A stretch of DNA of 64,000 bases, from sequence record PP410321. One strand, written 5' to 3'. Position numbers and translations under genes: made by a program. This document shows, in pieces, positions 18,749-27,043 of this stretch (its first letter is position 1; every line of letters starts with the position of its first letter). Below the pieces are notes generated by a model. That model was not told the DNA's origin. It searched no databases and saw nothing but the letters and a program-made list of their open reading frames with translations. The stretch comes from Escherichia phage vB_EcoM_CUA3.

Positions 18749-20186
18749 AAAATTTGATAGATGCTGCTAAATCATCTAAATCGCTTCTATTAACACGCGA
18801 CTGGCGATTGACCTCTGCTTGGCGGTTCATTTCACCTGAGGCCTCACGAACGGTGTTCACTGGACCTGGGTTAGAATCGTCTTCAACTTCATACCAACGC
18901 TGATTTCCTTTCTTAACACCAATCTTAAATTTGTTGTAGTAGCTCTTATCACCATAACGAGATTTAAGCTGCTTAATCATCTGCATACCCATCTGAGCAA
19001 ACTCTTCTGTCTCGACCACACCTAACATGAAGTCTGCAGTATGTGCAATACCAAAGGATTCAGCGATATCAGCCATATCGATTTCGGCGGCAACGTTCGC
19101 ACCACGAGTAGTCTGGGCTGCAGTCCACAACAATAATTTCTTCTCTACTGCAAGACCACGTAATTCTTCGGCAACCATCTTAATCAATCCATAACTGTTT
19201 TCAGAGAAAACTTTCGTACGGGATGAAGCACAGATAGCCAAGTAGTCGACGATAACGACCTGTGGAACAAAGTTTTGTTTGAGCTTGTATTCATTTAATA
19301 ATGCACGGAATGTATCGGCATTAGCACCACCGGTAGGATACTGTTTAATCTTTAAACGACCTAAAGTAGCAGTTGAACGCCACTTATCCATCTTAGCTTT
19401 ATATTCAGGCCATGAGACGTGACCATCATCAATATCATCCAGTGATACATCCAGAAGGTTAGCATCGATACGCTTAGCACATACTTCCTCTGCCATCTCC
19501 ATGGAGATATAAAGAACATCATAACCGGATTGAAGGTAATCAGCAGCCAATGAACACAGTCCAAGAGACTTACCTACGTTTGTTCCTGCCAACAATACGT
19601 TTTCAGTACCAAACTCTGCGCCACCCTTAGTAATCTTGTTCAGAATATTAAGACGGAATGGAACCTTACGTGCTTTATCAGAATAACTTTTAAAACGTTC
19701 TTCATAGTCATCCATCCAGTCATGGCCTAATTCAGAATCGAAACAAATCGATAATGCATCACGCATGATATCTGGAATAGCACCGATACCTGGGAGTTTT
19801 CTATTTTGTTGCTCAACCGGAAGGTCGGCATTAGTTTGAATTTCAATAATTTTTGAAGTGGCATTATACATCGCTGCCTTCTGAACGTATTTCTCTGTCT
19901 CTTTAACCAACCATTCTTGGTCTTCAGGGCCAGCGTTCAGTGAACTTAAAAGCTCTTTAGCTCCTTGGTGTTCGACTTCTGAAAGGGTGCTGTTATCTAA
20001 TGCAATACTCAAAGCATTTTTAGAAGGCACCGCATTATATTCATTGACGTGTTTTTTGATTTCTTTGAAAAGGGTCTTTGCCGGACCCTGGTCAAAATAA
20101 GAATCATTCATATAAGGCCAGACCTTAGTGAAATAATCACTATTGCCTAGCAGTTGAGCCAAAATAGTTTCTACCACTTCCACCAC
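18747..20186 (-). CDS. 41: replicative DNA helicase (DnaB-like)
   Basis: 479-aa ORF; Walker A GTNVGKS; N-terminus MVEVVE aligns with T4 gp41; start codon is GTG. Confidence 0.9.
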   Translation of the reverse strand: MVEVVETILAQLLGNSDYFTKVWPYMNDSYFDQGPAKTLFKEIKKHVNEYNAVPSKNALSIALDNSTLSEVEHQGAKELLSSLNAGPEDQEWLVKETEKYVQKAAMYNATSKIIEIQTNADLPVEQQNRKLPGIGAIPDIMRDALSICFDSELGHDWMDDYEERFKSYSDKARKVPFRLNILNKITKGGAEFGTENVLLAGTNVGKSLGLCSLAADYLQSGYDVLYISMEMAEEVCAKRIDANLLDVSLDDIDDGHVSWPEYKAKMDKWRSTATLGRLKIKQYPTGGANADTFRALLNEYKLKQNFVPQVVIVDYLAICASSRTKVFSENSYGLIKMVAEELRGLAVEKKLLLWTAAQTTRGANVAAEIDMADIAESFGIAHTADFMLGVVETEEFAQMGMQMIKQLKSRYGDKSYYNKFKIGVKKGNQRWYEVEDDSNPGPVNTVREASGEMNRQAEVNRQSRVNRSDLDDLAASIKF

Positions 20187-20500
20187 CTCTTAGATTTAAT
20201 TTTATCCAGTTCTTCTTGTATTTGCATTGTAACACATTTTTCTACATGAAGCGCTAGCTCTTCTTTTCGGTCTTCGGAAGGCGTTCCGAAATCAACCGAC
20301 ACTTTTCCATCTTTCTCAATAACAATATTCATCACATAAACGATGTGAGCAGTGCCATCAGGTAATGTAAGCATAATTTCCTGCTTAACAGTCCCCATTG
20401 ACTTACGGATTATATCTAACGATTTCTCATAATAGCGAGGGTCACTAGGACCCTCTTCAGTATCTTTAACAAAATTATCTAAATCAGATAAATCAGTCAT
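20171..20500 (-). CDS. 40: protein in gene 40 position (head vertex assembly chaperone-like)
   Basis: 109-aa ORF between uvsX and 41 as in T4; called by position and size only. Confidence 0.45.
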   Translation of the reverse strand: MTDLSDLDNFVKDTEEGPSDPRYYEKSLDIIRKSMGTVKQEIMLTLPDGTAHIVYVMNIVIEKDGKVSVDFGTPSEDRKEELALHVEKCVTMQIQEELDKIKSKRWWKW

Positions 20501-21665
20501 NNAAATTCATGTTTTCTAAATCGTTTTCGATATCAGCAGCGCTTTGAGTATCACCACCTAATTTAACTGCAACGTTCTTAGAGACACGAGAGTTGATAAG
20601 GTCATTCACTGCATCATCGACTTCTTTAATAGAATTAATTGCACCAAGCTTATACTTATTCTCGATTGCTTCACGGAACGGAGCGTGTTTAAACAGAGGT
20701 CCCCAGAACTCGACACAATCAGTAGCTTTAGCACGCCATGATTTTTCTTCTTGAACCATTTCACCCGTGGTTTCGTCAAGGAATGCACGATTATACCAGC
20801 CAGCTTTAGGTTTCACGACAAAACCGATATCTGTAGCCATTTCAAGCAGACCACTAAACGGGTCGATACCGCCTTCAAAGTTCACAGTAATTGGGAACGT
20901 TGATTTCTCTTTAACAGTACGAGATTTCTCTGCCTTCAGGGTGAAGTCATAACCAGTGAGCTCAGTACCATCTTTAACCTGACGTTTAGAGATAAAGAAC
21001 ACGGTAGAAGCAGAGTACAGAATACCAGTACCACCACCCATAATCTCTTTAGGATACATTCCACCAATTTCCATAGCCGTATGGTTAATTGCTACACAAG
21101 GAATATCCTTGATAGTCAGATAAGGCGTTACGATACGGAACAGAGATTTAAGAGACTTAGCACGAGTCATATCACCTACAACTTTCTCGTTCAAAGCATC
21201 TTCGGTTTCTTTCTTAGAAGCGGTGTTACCGATGGAGTCGATAAAGATAATAACCTTTTCGCCACGAGTAATTTCTTCTAATTGGTTGGTCATGTCAACC
21301 TTCAGTTGTTCAACTGACTGGATTGGCGTATGAACTACACGTTCCAGGTCAACACCCATTGAACGGAAATAAGATTCTGAAGCACCGAACTCAGAGTCAT
21401 AGAACAAGCAAATTGCGTCTGGATATTTCTTCATATATGCCGCAACCATAGTTAATCCAAACAACGTTTTAAAGTGTTTAGACGGCGCAGCAAAGATTGT
21501 CAAACCTGATTGTAAGCCTGCATTCAACGCACCACCCAATGCAATATTAAGCATAGGAATACGAGTAGGAACTTCGTCACGACCATTAAACAATTTAGAT
21601 TTGGTCAGGTCGGCAGTCATTTTAGAAGTAGAAGCTTTAATCAAACGGGATTTTAAATCGGACAT
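20493..21665 (-). CDS. uvsX: UvsX recombinase (RecA-like)
   Basis: 390-aa ORF; RecA-fold motifs; length and position as T4 UvsX. Confidence 0.9.
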   Translation of the reverse strand: MSDLKSRLIKASTSKMTADLTKSKLFNGRDEVPTRIPMLNIALGGALNAGLQSGLTIFAAPSKHFKTLFGLTMVAAYMKKYPDAICLFYDSEFGASESYFRSMGVDLERVVHTPIQSVEQLKVDMTNQLEEITRGEKVIIFIDSIGNTASKKETEDALNEKVVGDMTRAKSLKSLFRIVTPYLTIKDIPCVAINHTAMEIGGMYPKEIMGGGTGILYSASTVFFISKRQVKDGTELTGYDFTLKAEKSRTVKEKSTFPITVNFEGGIDPFSGLLEMATDIGFVVKPKAGWYNRAFLDETTGEMVQEEKSWRAKATDCVEFWGPLFKHAPFREAIENKYKLGAINSIKEVDDAVNDLINSRVSKNVAVKLGGDTQSAADIENDLENMNXXD

Positions 21666-22761
21666 TATATTTTTCCATAGGCACCATTATATTTTTCTCA
21701 CGTTTTAAGATAGGGTAATTATAACACTTCACAATTACAGCATTANNNNNNNNNNNNNNNNNNNNNNNNNNNNNNNNNNNNNNNNNNNNNNNNNNNNNNN
21801 NNNNNNNNNNNNNNNNNNNNNNNNNNNNNNNNNNNNNNNNNNNNNNNNNNNNNNNNNNNNNNNNNNNNNNNNNNACCACGTCCTCATAACTTGGCATTTC
21901 GTGCTCAGAATGGATATGGGCACCGAAATAAATGAATTCAGCCAGACCCGGATGGAATACTAAACCCGGGTTCTCATGATAAATGATATGTGGTCTTGAT
22001 TTCAGAATCTGATAATATTCAACCTTACTCGGTTTGAATTTAACAATCTCTACATCAGGACGATAGTCTTCACGTTTAAATGAATCGTTAGGGTCAGTGA
22101 TATAAAGACGAGCACCTTCAGCCGCAGCTTGGTCTACAACTCTTTCGAATTGATAACACTTATCCGAAATACGGAATGGATGGAAAATACCATCAATTTT
22201 AATAGGCGCTAGACCTTCAGAGTAACGCTCAATTACTACCGGATTAATTACCTTTTGATCTACAAAAATCTTATCAGAGGATGCACCTCGTGACACCAGG
22301 ACGTCTTTCTGACATTGGTTCAGGACCGTGGTATAAAGTGAACGTTCAACTGAAGCCACATCAATATCAATGAACTCGTCAATATAATAACGAGGAACTT
22401 CAGGGTCCATTGTGATATTAAAGTTGAATTGTACAGTCTGAGCACCATCATAACCTGTGATATCGGTTACCAGTCCTGAGCAATCATAGTATTCGATTAG
22501 CGAATCGACCACAAACTCGTTTTCAGACCAGAAATGTTTACGGGTTTCATAAGCATTTTCTTTATACCAAAGCGGCACAAAATTCAGTTCAGGAAATAAT
22601 TCAATGCATTCTTTGATATCGCTCGAATTTCTAGGATAAGCCAGATAATCACCTGGACGAGCACGATTTAAATGGAGTTGAAAATTACCGTCCTTAAGGA
22701 CGGCATATTCACCTGTTTCGTAACTACGCATACTGAAAATAGGAACGATAAACAGACTCAT
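21637..22761 (-). CDS. hypothetical protein in the beta-glucosyltransferase slot (candidate DNA sugar transferase); 3' end uncertain
   Basis: 374-aa track ORF between gene 42 and uvsX; no resemblance to T4 beta-gt as recalled; C-terminal part is N-masked and the ORF reads through a promoter-like region, so the true stop is probably upstream of 21700. Confidence 0.35.
   Translation of the reverse strand: MSLFIVPIFSMRSYETGEYAVLKDGNFQLHLNRARPGDYLAYPRNSSDIKECIELFPELNFVPLWYKENAYETRKHFWSENEFVVDSLIEYYDCSGLVTDITGYDGAQTVQFNFNITMDPEVPRYYIDEFIDIDVASVERSLYTTVLNQCQKDVLVSRGASSDKIFVDQKVINPVVIERYSEGLAPIKIDGIFHPFRISDKCYQFERVVDQAAAEGARLYITDPNDSFKREDYRPDVEIVKFKPSKVEYYQILKSRPHIIYHENPGLVFHPGLAEFIYFGAHIHSEHEMPSYEDVXXXXXXXXXXXXXXXXXXXXXXXXXXXXXXXXXXXXXXXXXXXXNAVIVKCYNYPILKREKNIMVPMEKYNVRFKIPFD
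21718..21745 (-). promoter_or_regulatory. possible middle promoter upstream of uvsX
   Basis: minus-sense GCTGTA, 12 nt, TGtTATAAT; CCCTATC follows; the -35 side abuts an N run. Confidence 0.3.
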
Positions 22762-23456
22762 TTCAGAAAACCTCGGACGTAGTCAAAATCACGTTCAAAC
22801 ACGTGTGCACTTACCATGGTATGAGAATATGTACCCAAACCAACACCACACTGTTCAGCAATAAAGGCCATCAGTTTACCTTGCAGATAAAAATCCAGCT
22901 GCATAACAACAGCACAGTTCTGTGAACGCATATGAGTGTGTGCATACAAACGACCATCACGAATATAATACGTTACTGAATCAGTGCATGGATATTCTAA
23001 GGATTCATCAGAATCAAGGAGGGCTTGGTCTTGTTCTTGGAGAATCTGGAATACAACTCTTCGGGAGTTAGGCTTTTCTTTAAGCTCTTTAAGTAGGGCT
23101 GGGAGTTGGGCCACAATTCGAGGTCCATAGAAAGTGTTGAAGTTTGCAGGCAATACGTCACTTTTCGGCTTATCAATGAACTTAGCAACATTAGGGTATT
23201 CCTTAAATGCTTCGGCAGCGTCAGTACCGCCAGAAATCATAAATTTCCAAAAGGATTCGGCATATTCGTAACTAATACGATTAATACGTGGGTCGGTGAA
23301 TTTATAGGTGCTTGCATCCAGTACTTCTACCGAAGCAGAACCAATTTCATAGCAACGTCCGATACGAGAATCAACTGCAAACTGTGGAGCTTCCAGGATT
23401 TCTTCGTTCATTTGTTTAAATGCGTTTTCAAAACTAACAGCGGTAATGTGTTTCAT
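22758..23456 (-). CDS. 42: deoxycytidylate 5-hydroxymethyltransferase (thymidylate-synthase fold)
   Basis: 232-aa ORF; catalytic-Cys context EYPCTDSVTYYIRD and MRSQNCAVVMQLDFY align with T4 gp42 FMCTNTVQYLIRD...MRSNDVVFGFRNDY, including the Asp equivalent to T4 Asp179 that marks cytosine rather than uracil specificity. Confidence 0.7.
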   Translation of the reverse strand: MKHITAVSFENAFKQMNEEILEAPQFAVDSRIGRCYEIGSASVEVLDASTYKFTDPRINRISYEYAESFWKFMISGGTDAAEAFKEYPNVAKFIDKPKSDVLPANFNTFYGPRIVAQLPALLKELKEKPNSRRVVFQILQEQDQALLDSDESLEYPCTDSVTYYIRDGRLYAHTHMRSQNCAVVMQLDFYLQGKLMAFIAEQCGVGLGTYSHTMVSAHVFERDFDYVRGFLK

Positions 23457-23989
23457 TTATTCACCTTATTTTCAATATATCCATTCAGACGTTTTAATTC
23501 TACCATATCAACATTAAGCAAATTATTATGGCCGTCGTGGTTTAAGATTTTAAACACGTTTTCAAAACATGTTTCGTATTGCCGGATAGTTAGGTTGAAC
23601 TCATCTTTGGTTAATTTAATAAGGTCGTCTTCAAAGTCTTCATCTAATGGATTACGAGTTAAAATAACCTCGATAACGTTAAATTCAGATTTAAACCCTT
23701 TCCAATCTTCCAGTTCTACATAAGGGTCCATTTCACCACGAAGGAATCCGGAGTAAACAATATTACTAGGGTATCCACGGTCTAAGATATAGACAAAATT
23801 AGGGTCTAAAAACTTATACAAGGTTTCAACCAAAGCCTTGTCATTATCAGTTCCTAATGAAATACATTTACCATTAATCTTTTTAGGAAAATCAATAAGA
23901 CGATATTTCTTATCAGATAAAAGGGTTTCGATTAAAGTAGACTTCCCGGAATTATCCGGGCCGTCTATAACAATGATTTTTGGATTCAT
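23453..23989 (-). CDS. P-loop nucleoside-monophosphate-kinase-like protein
   Basis: 178-aa ORF; Walker A GPDNSGKST; DRGYPSNIVYSG resembles the thymidylate-kinase DRY motif; no T4 gene at this position. Confidence 0.55.
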   Translation of the reverse strand: MNPKIIVIDGPDNSGKSTLIETLLSDKKYRLIDFPKKINGKCISLGTDNDKALVETLYKFLDPNFVYILDRGYPSNIVYSGFLRGEMDPYVELEDWKGFKSEFNVIEVILTRNPLDEDFEDDLIKLTKDEFNLTIRQYETCFENVFKILNHDGHNNLLNVDMVELKRLNGYIENKVNK

Positions 23990-24384
23990 GGATGATAGGC
24001 CTTATAACTATCAAGAGTTCCTTCACGAACCATTTCTTTAAAGTGGTCAGGACGGATTGCTCGGTCATCGATGATAAAAGTATAACTCGGCTTGTGTGTA
24101 AGCAAATTGTGATATTTCAATCCAATTTTTTCAAGGTTCTTAACCAATGCAGGAACTACTTCAACCAAGATTCGACCTGGGCCACATGAAGTCATACCAC
24201 GGGCAGTGAACAATGTAATCTCATGACCTTCATCGTACAGCTTATTAATCATGGACACCATTTCGGTGTCCGGTTTAAAGTTTTCATAATCACGGTCATG
24301 GTTCCAAATCGTGATTGTGTTATCGATGTCAAAGCACAANNNNNNNNNNNNNNNNNNNNNNNNNNNCATTAAATTTTCTTCCAT
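23986..24384 (-). CDS. HAD-superfamily phosphatase
   Basis: 132-aa ORF; HAD motif I LCFDIDNTIT; N-terminus partly N-masked. Confidence 0.55.
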   Translation of the reverse strand: MEENLMXXXXXXXXXLCFDIDNTITIWNHDRDYENFKPDTEMVSMINKLYDEGHEITLFTARGMTSCGPGRILVEVVPALVKNLEKIGLKYHNLLTHKPSYTFIIDDRAIRPDHFKEMVREGTLDSYKAYHP

Positions 24385-26042
24385 TGTTTGTGGAGTTCAG
24401 TAGAACCTGTAGGTTTATATTTTACACCAGTTTCCTGGTCAAGCAAAACCCACTTATCAGGGCAACGAGTAATAATTTGTGCCGTAATAGGGTCACGAAC
24501 TTCATCAACGAATTCACCTGTAATAAGCTTACGCTTACGAGGATGCCGCTTCAGCAGCACACTCAATTGATACAAACCGTTATAATAAGCGCCCAGAGCT
24601 TTCAGAGGATTATTCTTAAAGTAACCTGCCAGTGCCATCCAGATAACAGCAATCCAGAGCTTGTGCTTAAATGTGCACATAGGAATATCGTCTAAAGGCA
24701 TAACCTTTTCAATATCAACGAATACACGAGTTCCGTTACGAGTTAAGCCGCCCCATAGAGGGTCTGAGTTAAATTTGTCATAGCCATCGATAGAATAAAG
24801 CACCTTGGCTTCGTCATAAATCGCAGGGCCTTTAGAACTATTGCCGAAATAACCTCGTGGGTCGATGATTTTAATATCACCTTCGTCCGACAACATAATA
24901 TTGCTATAGTGCGGGTCGCCGTGAATAAGTTGGTATGGTTCTTTATGTTCGGACAGAATTTCTAAGGCATGACGTAGAAGTTTTTCAGGGTCGCCTACCT
25001 TGAAATCGTTAACATGGGTAATGCCCTGTGGAGCAAAGCCTTCAATCAATCCAGCAATAGAAGCATTACGAATCAGGACCTTATCCAATACTTCTTTCTT
25101 AACATCAGAATACCATTGCTCATCAGTCGGATTATCAATAGTTCCACCGAATGAACGTAATGCACTAATGACCTTATAAACCATGAGGACTTTAGTTTCT
25201 TTAGACATGAACCGGTAGGCATCTGCCATGGTACGACCAAAGATACGTTCCATTTTAATGAATTCGCCCGGAGCAAAGTCTACAATGCTCGGAACGAATT
25301 CAGAATCAATAGAATTATACCAATTGATTTCTTTAGATTGGATTTCTTTACCTAATTCGTTGGTTGGTACTTTAATAGCCAGATTCTCAGTGAATTCTAA
25401 TTTATTAAATTCACGGTTAATTTCAGATTCTTCATGAGCCTTGGCCAGTTTCAGTTTATCACCGACATCAACTACAAAGTCTAGTTTACGTTCGGTCAAA
25501 TAGACCATTGAATCCAGGTTATCAGCAAGGTCTTCACCGTAATTGGAACGGTCGAAACCTGTCCAATTAGCCACCTGATACAAACCAACTACGCCGCCAC
25601 CGGTACCAATTTCGCGCAAGTACGGTTCTTCAAATGTAAAACGACAATCGGTTCCATAGGTATAACAGTAGTCGTTACCCCATTCAACTTTATGGCCGAT
25701 AGGAATAATATCACACCAGTTAAACAGGACGTTATGCCCGATAATATCTTCAGCAATGCAATCGATAGCATGAGCTGAACCATTAGCAACATCAACGTTA
25801 CGAATAGTAAACTTAGGCTTATCGCCCGTAATCATGTTAATGGATTTAATATAGCCTTTAACGAGGTCGTTAAATTTGCTATGGATTACCAAAATGATTT
25901 CGTCGGATTGGTTACTGTACAAATCATACAAATGCTTTAATACCGTATGTTGTTTGTAGTTAACCAATACCTTAGGAATTTCGTTAGTAATTGGATACAA
26001 CCGTGAGCCAAGACCTGCGCCTAAAATAACAACCTTTTTCAT
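24369..26042 (-). CDS. bifunctional sugar-1-phosphate nucleotidyltransferase / sugar kinase (APH/choline-kinase fold)
   Basis: N-terminal KVVILGAGLGSRLYPIT...PKVLV is the G-x-G-x-R-L NTP-transferase signature; C-terminal LIHGDPHYSNIM...IKIIDPRG is the APH/ChoK catalytic HGD...N...D motif; start set at the internal ATG (MKKVVIL) with GAGGAA SD. Confidence 0.7.
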   Translation of the reverse strand: MKKVVILGAGLGSRLYPITNEIPKVLVNYKQHTVLKHLYDLYSNQSDEIILVIHSKFNDLVKGYIKSINMITGDKPKFTIRNVDVANGSAHAIDCIAEDIIGHNVLFNWCDIIPIGHKVEWGNDYCYTYGTDCRFTFEEPYLREIGTGGGVVGLYQVANWTGFDRSNYGEDLADNLDSMVYLTERKLDFVVDVGDKLKLAKAHEESEINREFNKLEFTENLAIKVPTNELGKEIQSKEINWYNSIDSEFVPSIVDFAPGEFIKMERIFGRTMADAYRFMSKETKVLMVYKVISALRSFGGTIDNPTDEQWYSDVKKEVLDKVLIRNASIAGLIEGFAPQGITHVNDFKVGDPEKLLRHALEILSEHKEPYQLIHGDPHYSNIMLSDEGDIKIIDPRGYFGNSSKGPAIYDEAKVLYSIDGYDKFNSDPLWGGLTRNGTRVFVDIEKVMPLDDIPMCTFKHKLWIAVIWMALAGYFKNNPLKALGAYYNGLYQLSVLLKRHPRKRKLITGEFVDEVRDPITAQIITRCPDKWVLLDQETGVKYKPTGSTELHKQWKKI

Positions 26043-26102
26043 TATCTGTTCCTCAAGTGAATGTAGGTACATTATACACTATTTTTAATAAATTTCTACT
26101 GC

Positions 26103-26603
26103 TTAAATCTTATCTTTACCGTATTCCATGCACTGTTCTACTGCAGCAGGCACTTTGGTCTTAAGCTTGTTGATTTGTTTCTTATAATCACGAGCCTTAT
26201 CGAAGCTCTCGGTTTCGAGCATTTCGTAATAACGGGCCTCATGGATAGAAACCTGTAAATTGATATGGTTTACACACATCGCATACAGCTTCTGCTTTTT
26301 GTACAAATCATCTTGGCGCTTCATTTCTGCCTGGTGTTTGGCTAGTACCGCTTCACGCTTAGACTCTTGCTCACGTTGGAATTCAATTTCTCGTTGTGCG
26401 TATTTGGCACAGTTATTACCGCACTGATTATTAGCCCGGGTATACACAAGTCCAGAACCTGCACGGAATTTCATTTCACCGTCATATTGTTTCTGCTCAG
26501 CAGCAATACGAGCTTTACCAACTTCATCCGCCGAAACTGCATCACCGTATTGGACTGCGCAACCTGAAAGGAGCATACTCATTGCGATAATTAACTTTTT
26601 CAT
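26103..26603 (-). CDS. putative lipoprotein
   Basis: 166-aa ORF; signal peptide MKKLIIAMSMLLSGC with lipobox. Confidence 0.5.
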   Translation of the reverse strand: MKKLIIAMSMLLSGCAVQYGDAVSADEVGKARIAAEQKQYDGEMKFRAGSGLVYTRANNQCGNNCAKYAQREIEFQREQESKREAVLAKHQAEMKRQDDLYKKQKLYAMCVNHINLQVSIHEARYYEMLETESFDKARDYKKQINKLKTKVPAAVEQCMEYGKDKI

Positions 26604-26610
26604 GATATCC

Positions 26611-26748
26611 TCAATTAAAACAGTTATACTTAATTTGTGCTATAAGAATAATCCATCCCATGATTAATGTTGGAATCATTGGTGGAATAGCCACTGCCCA
26701 ATAAACGGTAAAGGCAGTCATTATAAGAAATAAAATAATTATTTTCAT
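26611..26748 (-). CDS. small hydrophobic peptide (imm.1-like position)
   Basis: 45-aa ORF below the track cutoff, overlapping the imm stop. Confidence 0.3.
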   Translation of the reverse strand: MKIIILFLIMTAFTVYWAVAIPPMIPTLIMGWIILIAQIKYNCFN

Positions 26749-26981
26749 TGTTTAACAATAATGATTTGTGCGTTTGATTTACGTTCAGCGGCGATAGCCC
26801 AGATTAAAGCCACTACCCAACCAATCATTGTCCACCCTAACAAGAGATTAAGGAAGAAGATTCCGACATTACTACGGGTGCCTCGCAGAAGAGCTAAAAT
26901 CCATGGTAAGAAGTAAGCGACGAACATCATAACCAGAGAACCGAATCCTAAAACACCAGCACTAACGATTAAAGCTTCCAT
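26745..26981 (-). CDS. imm: superinfection immunity membrane protein
   Basis: 78-aa ORF with two predicted TM helices; position between 43 and 42 as T4 imm. Confidence 0.6.
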   Translation of the reverse strand: MEALIVSAGVLGFGSLVMMFVAYFLPWILALLRGTRSNVGIFFLNLLLGWTMIGWVVALIWAIAAERKSNAQIIIVKQ

Positions 26982-27011
26982 TGTAATTTCCTCANGTAGT
27001 TGTTAGGATGG

Positions 27012-27041
27012 ATAATACCACGTTCCATGTGGTATGTAAAC
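27012..27041 (-). promoter_or_regulatory. early-type promoter upstream of imm
   Basis: minus-sense GTTTAC, 18 nt, TGgTATTAT; inverted repeat ATACCAC/GTGGTAT overlaps the -10. Confidence 0.55.
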
Positions 27042-27043
27042 AC

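Noticed and set aside
21637-22761. Firm call of the 374-aa ORF as a glycosyltransferase
   Set aside because: No recognisable GT motif and the C-terminus is masked; reported only as a positional candidate
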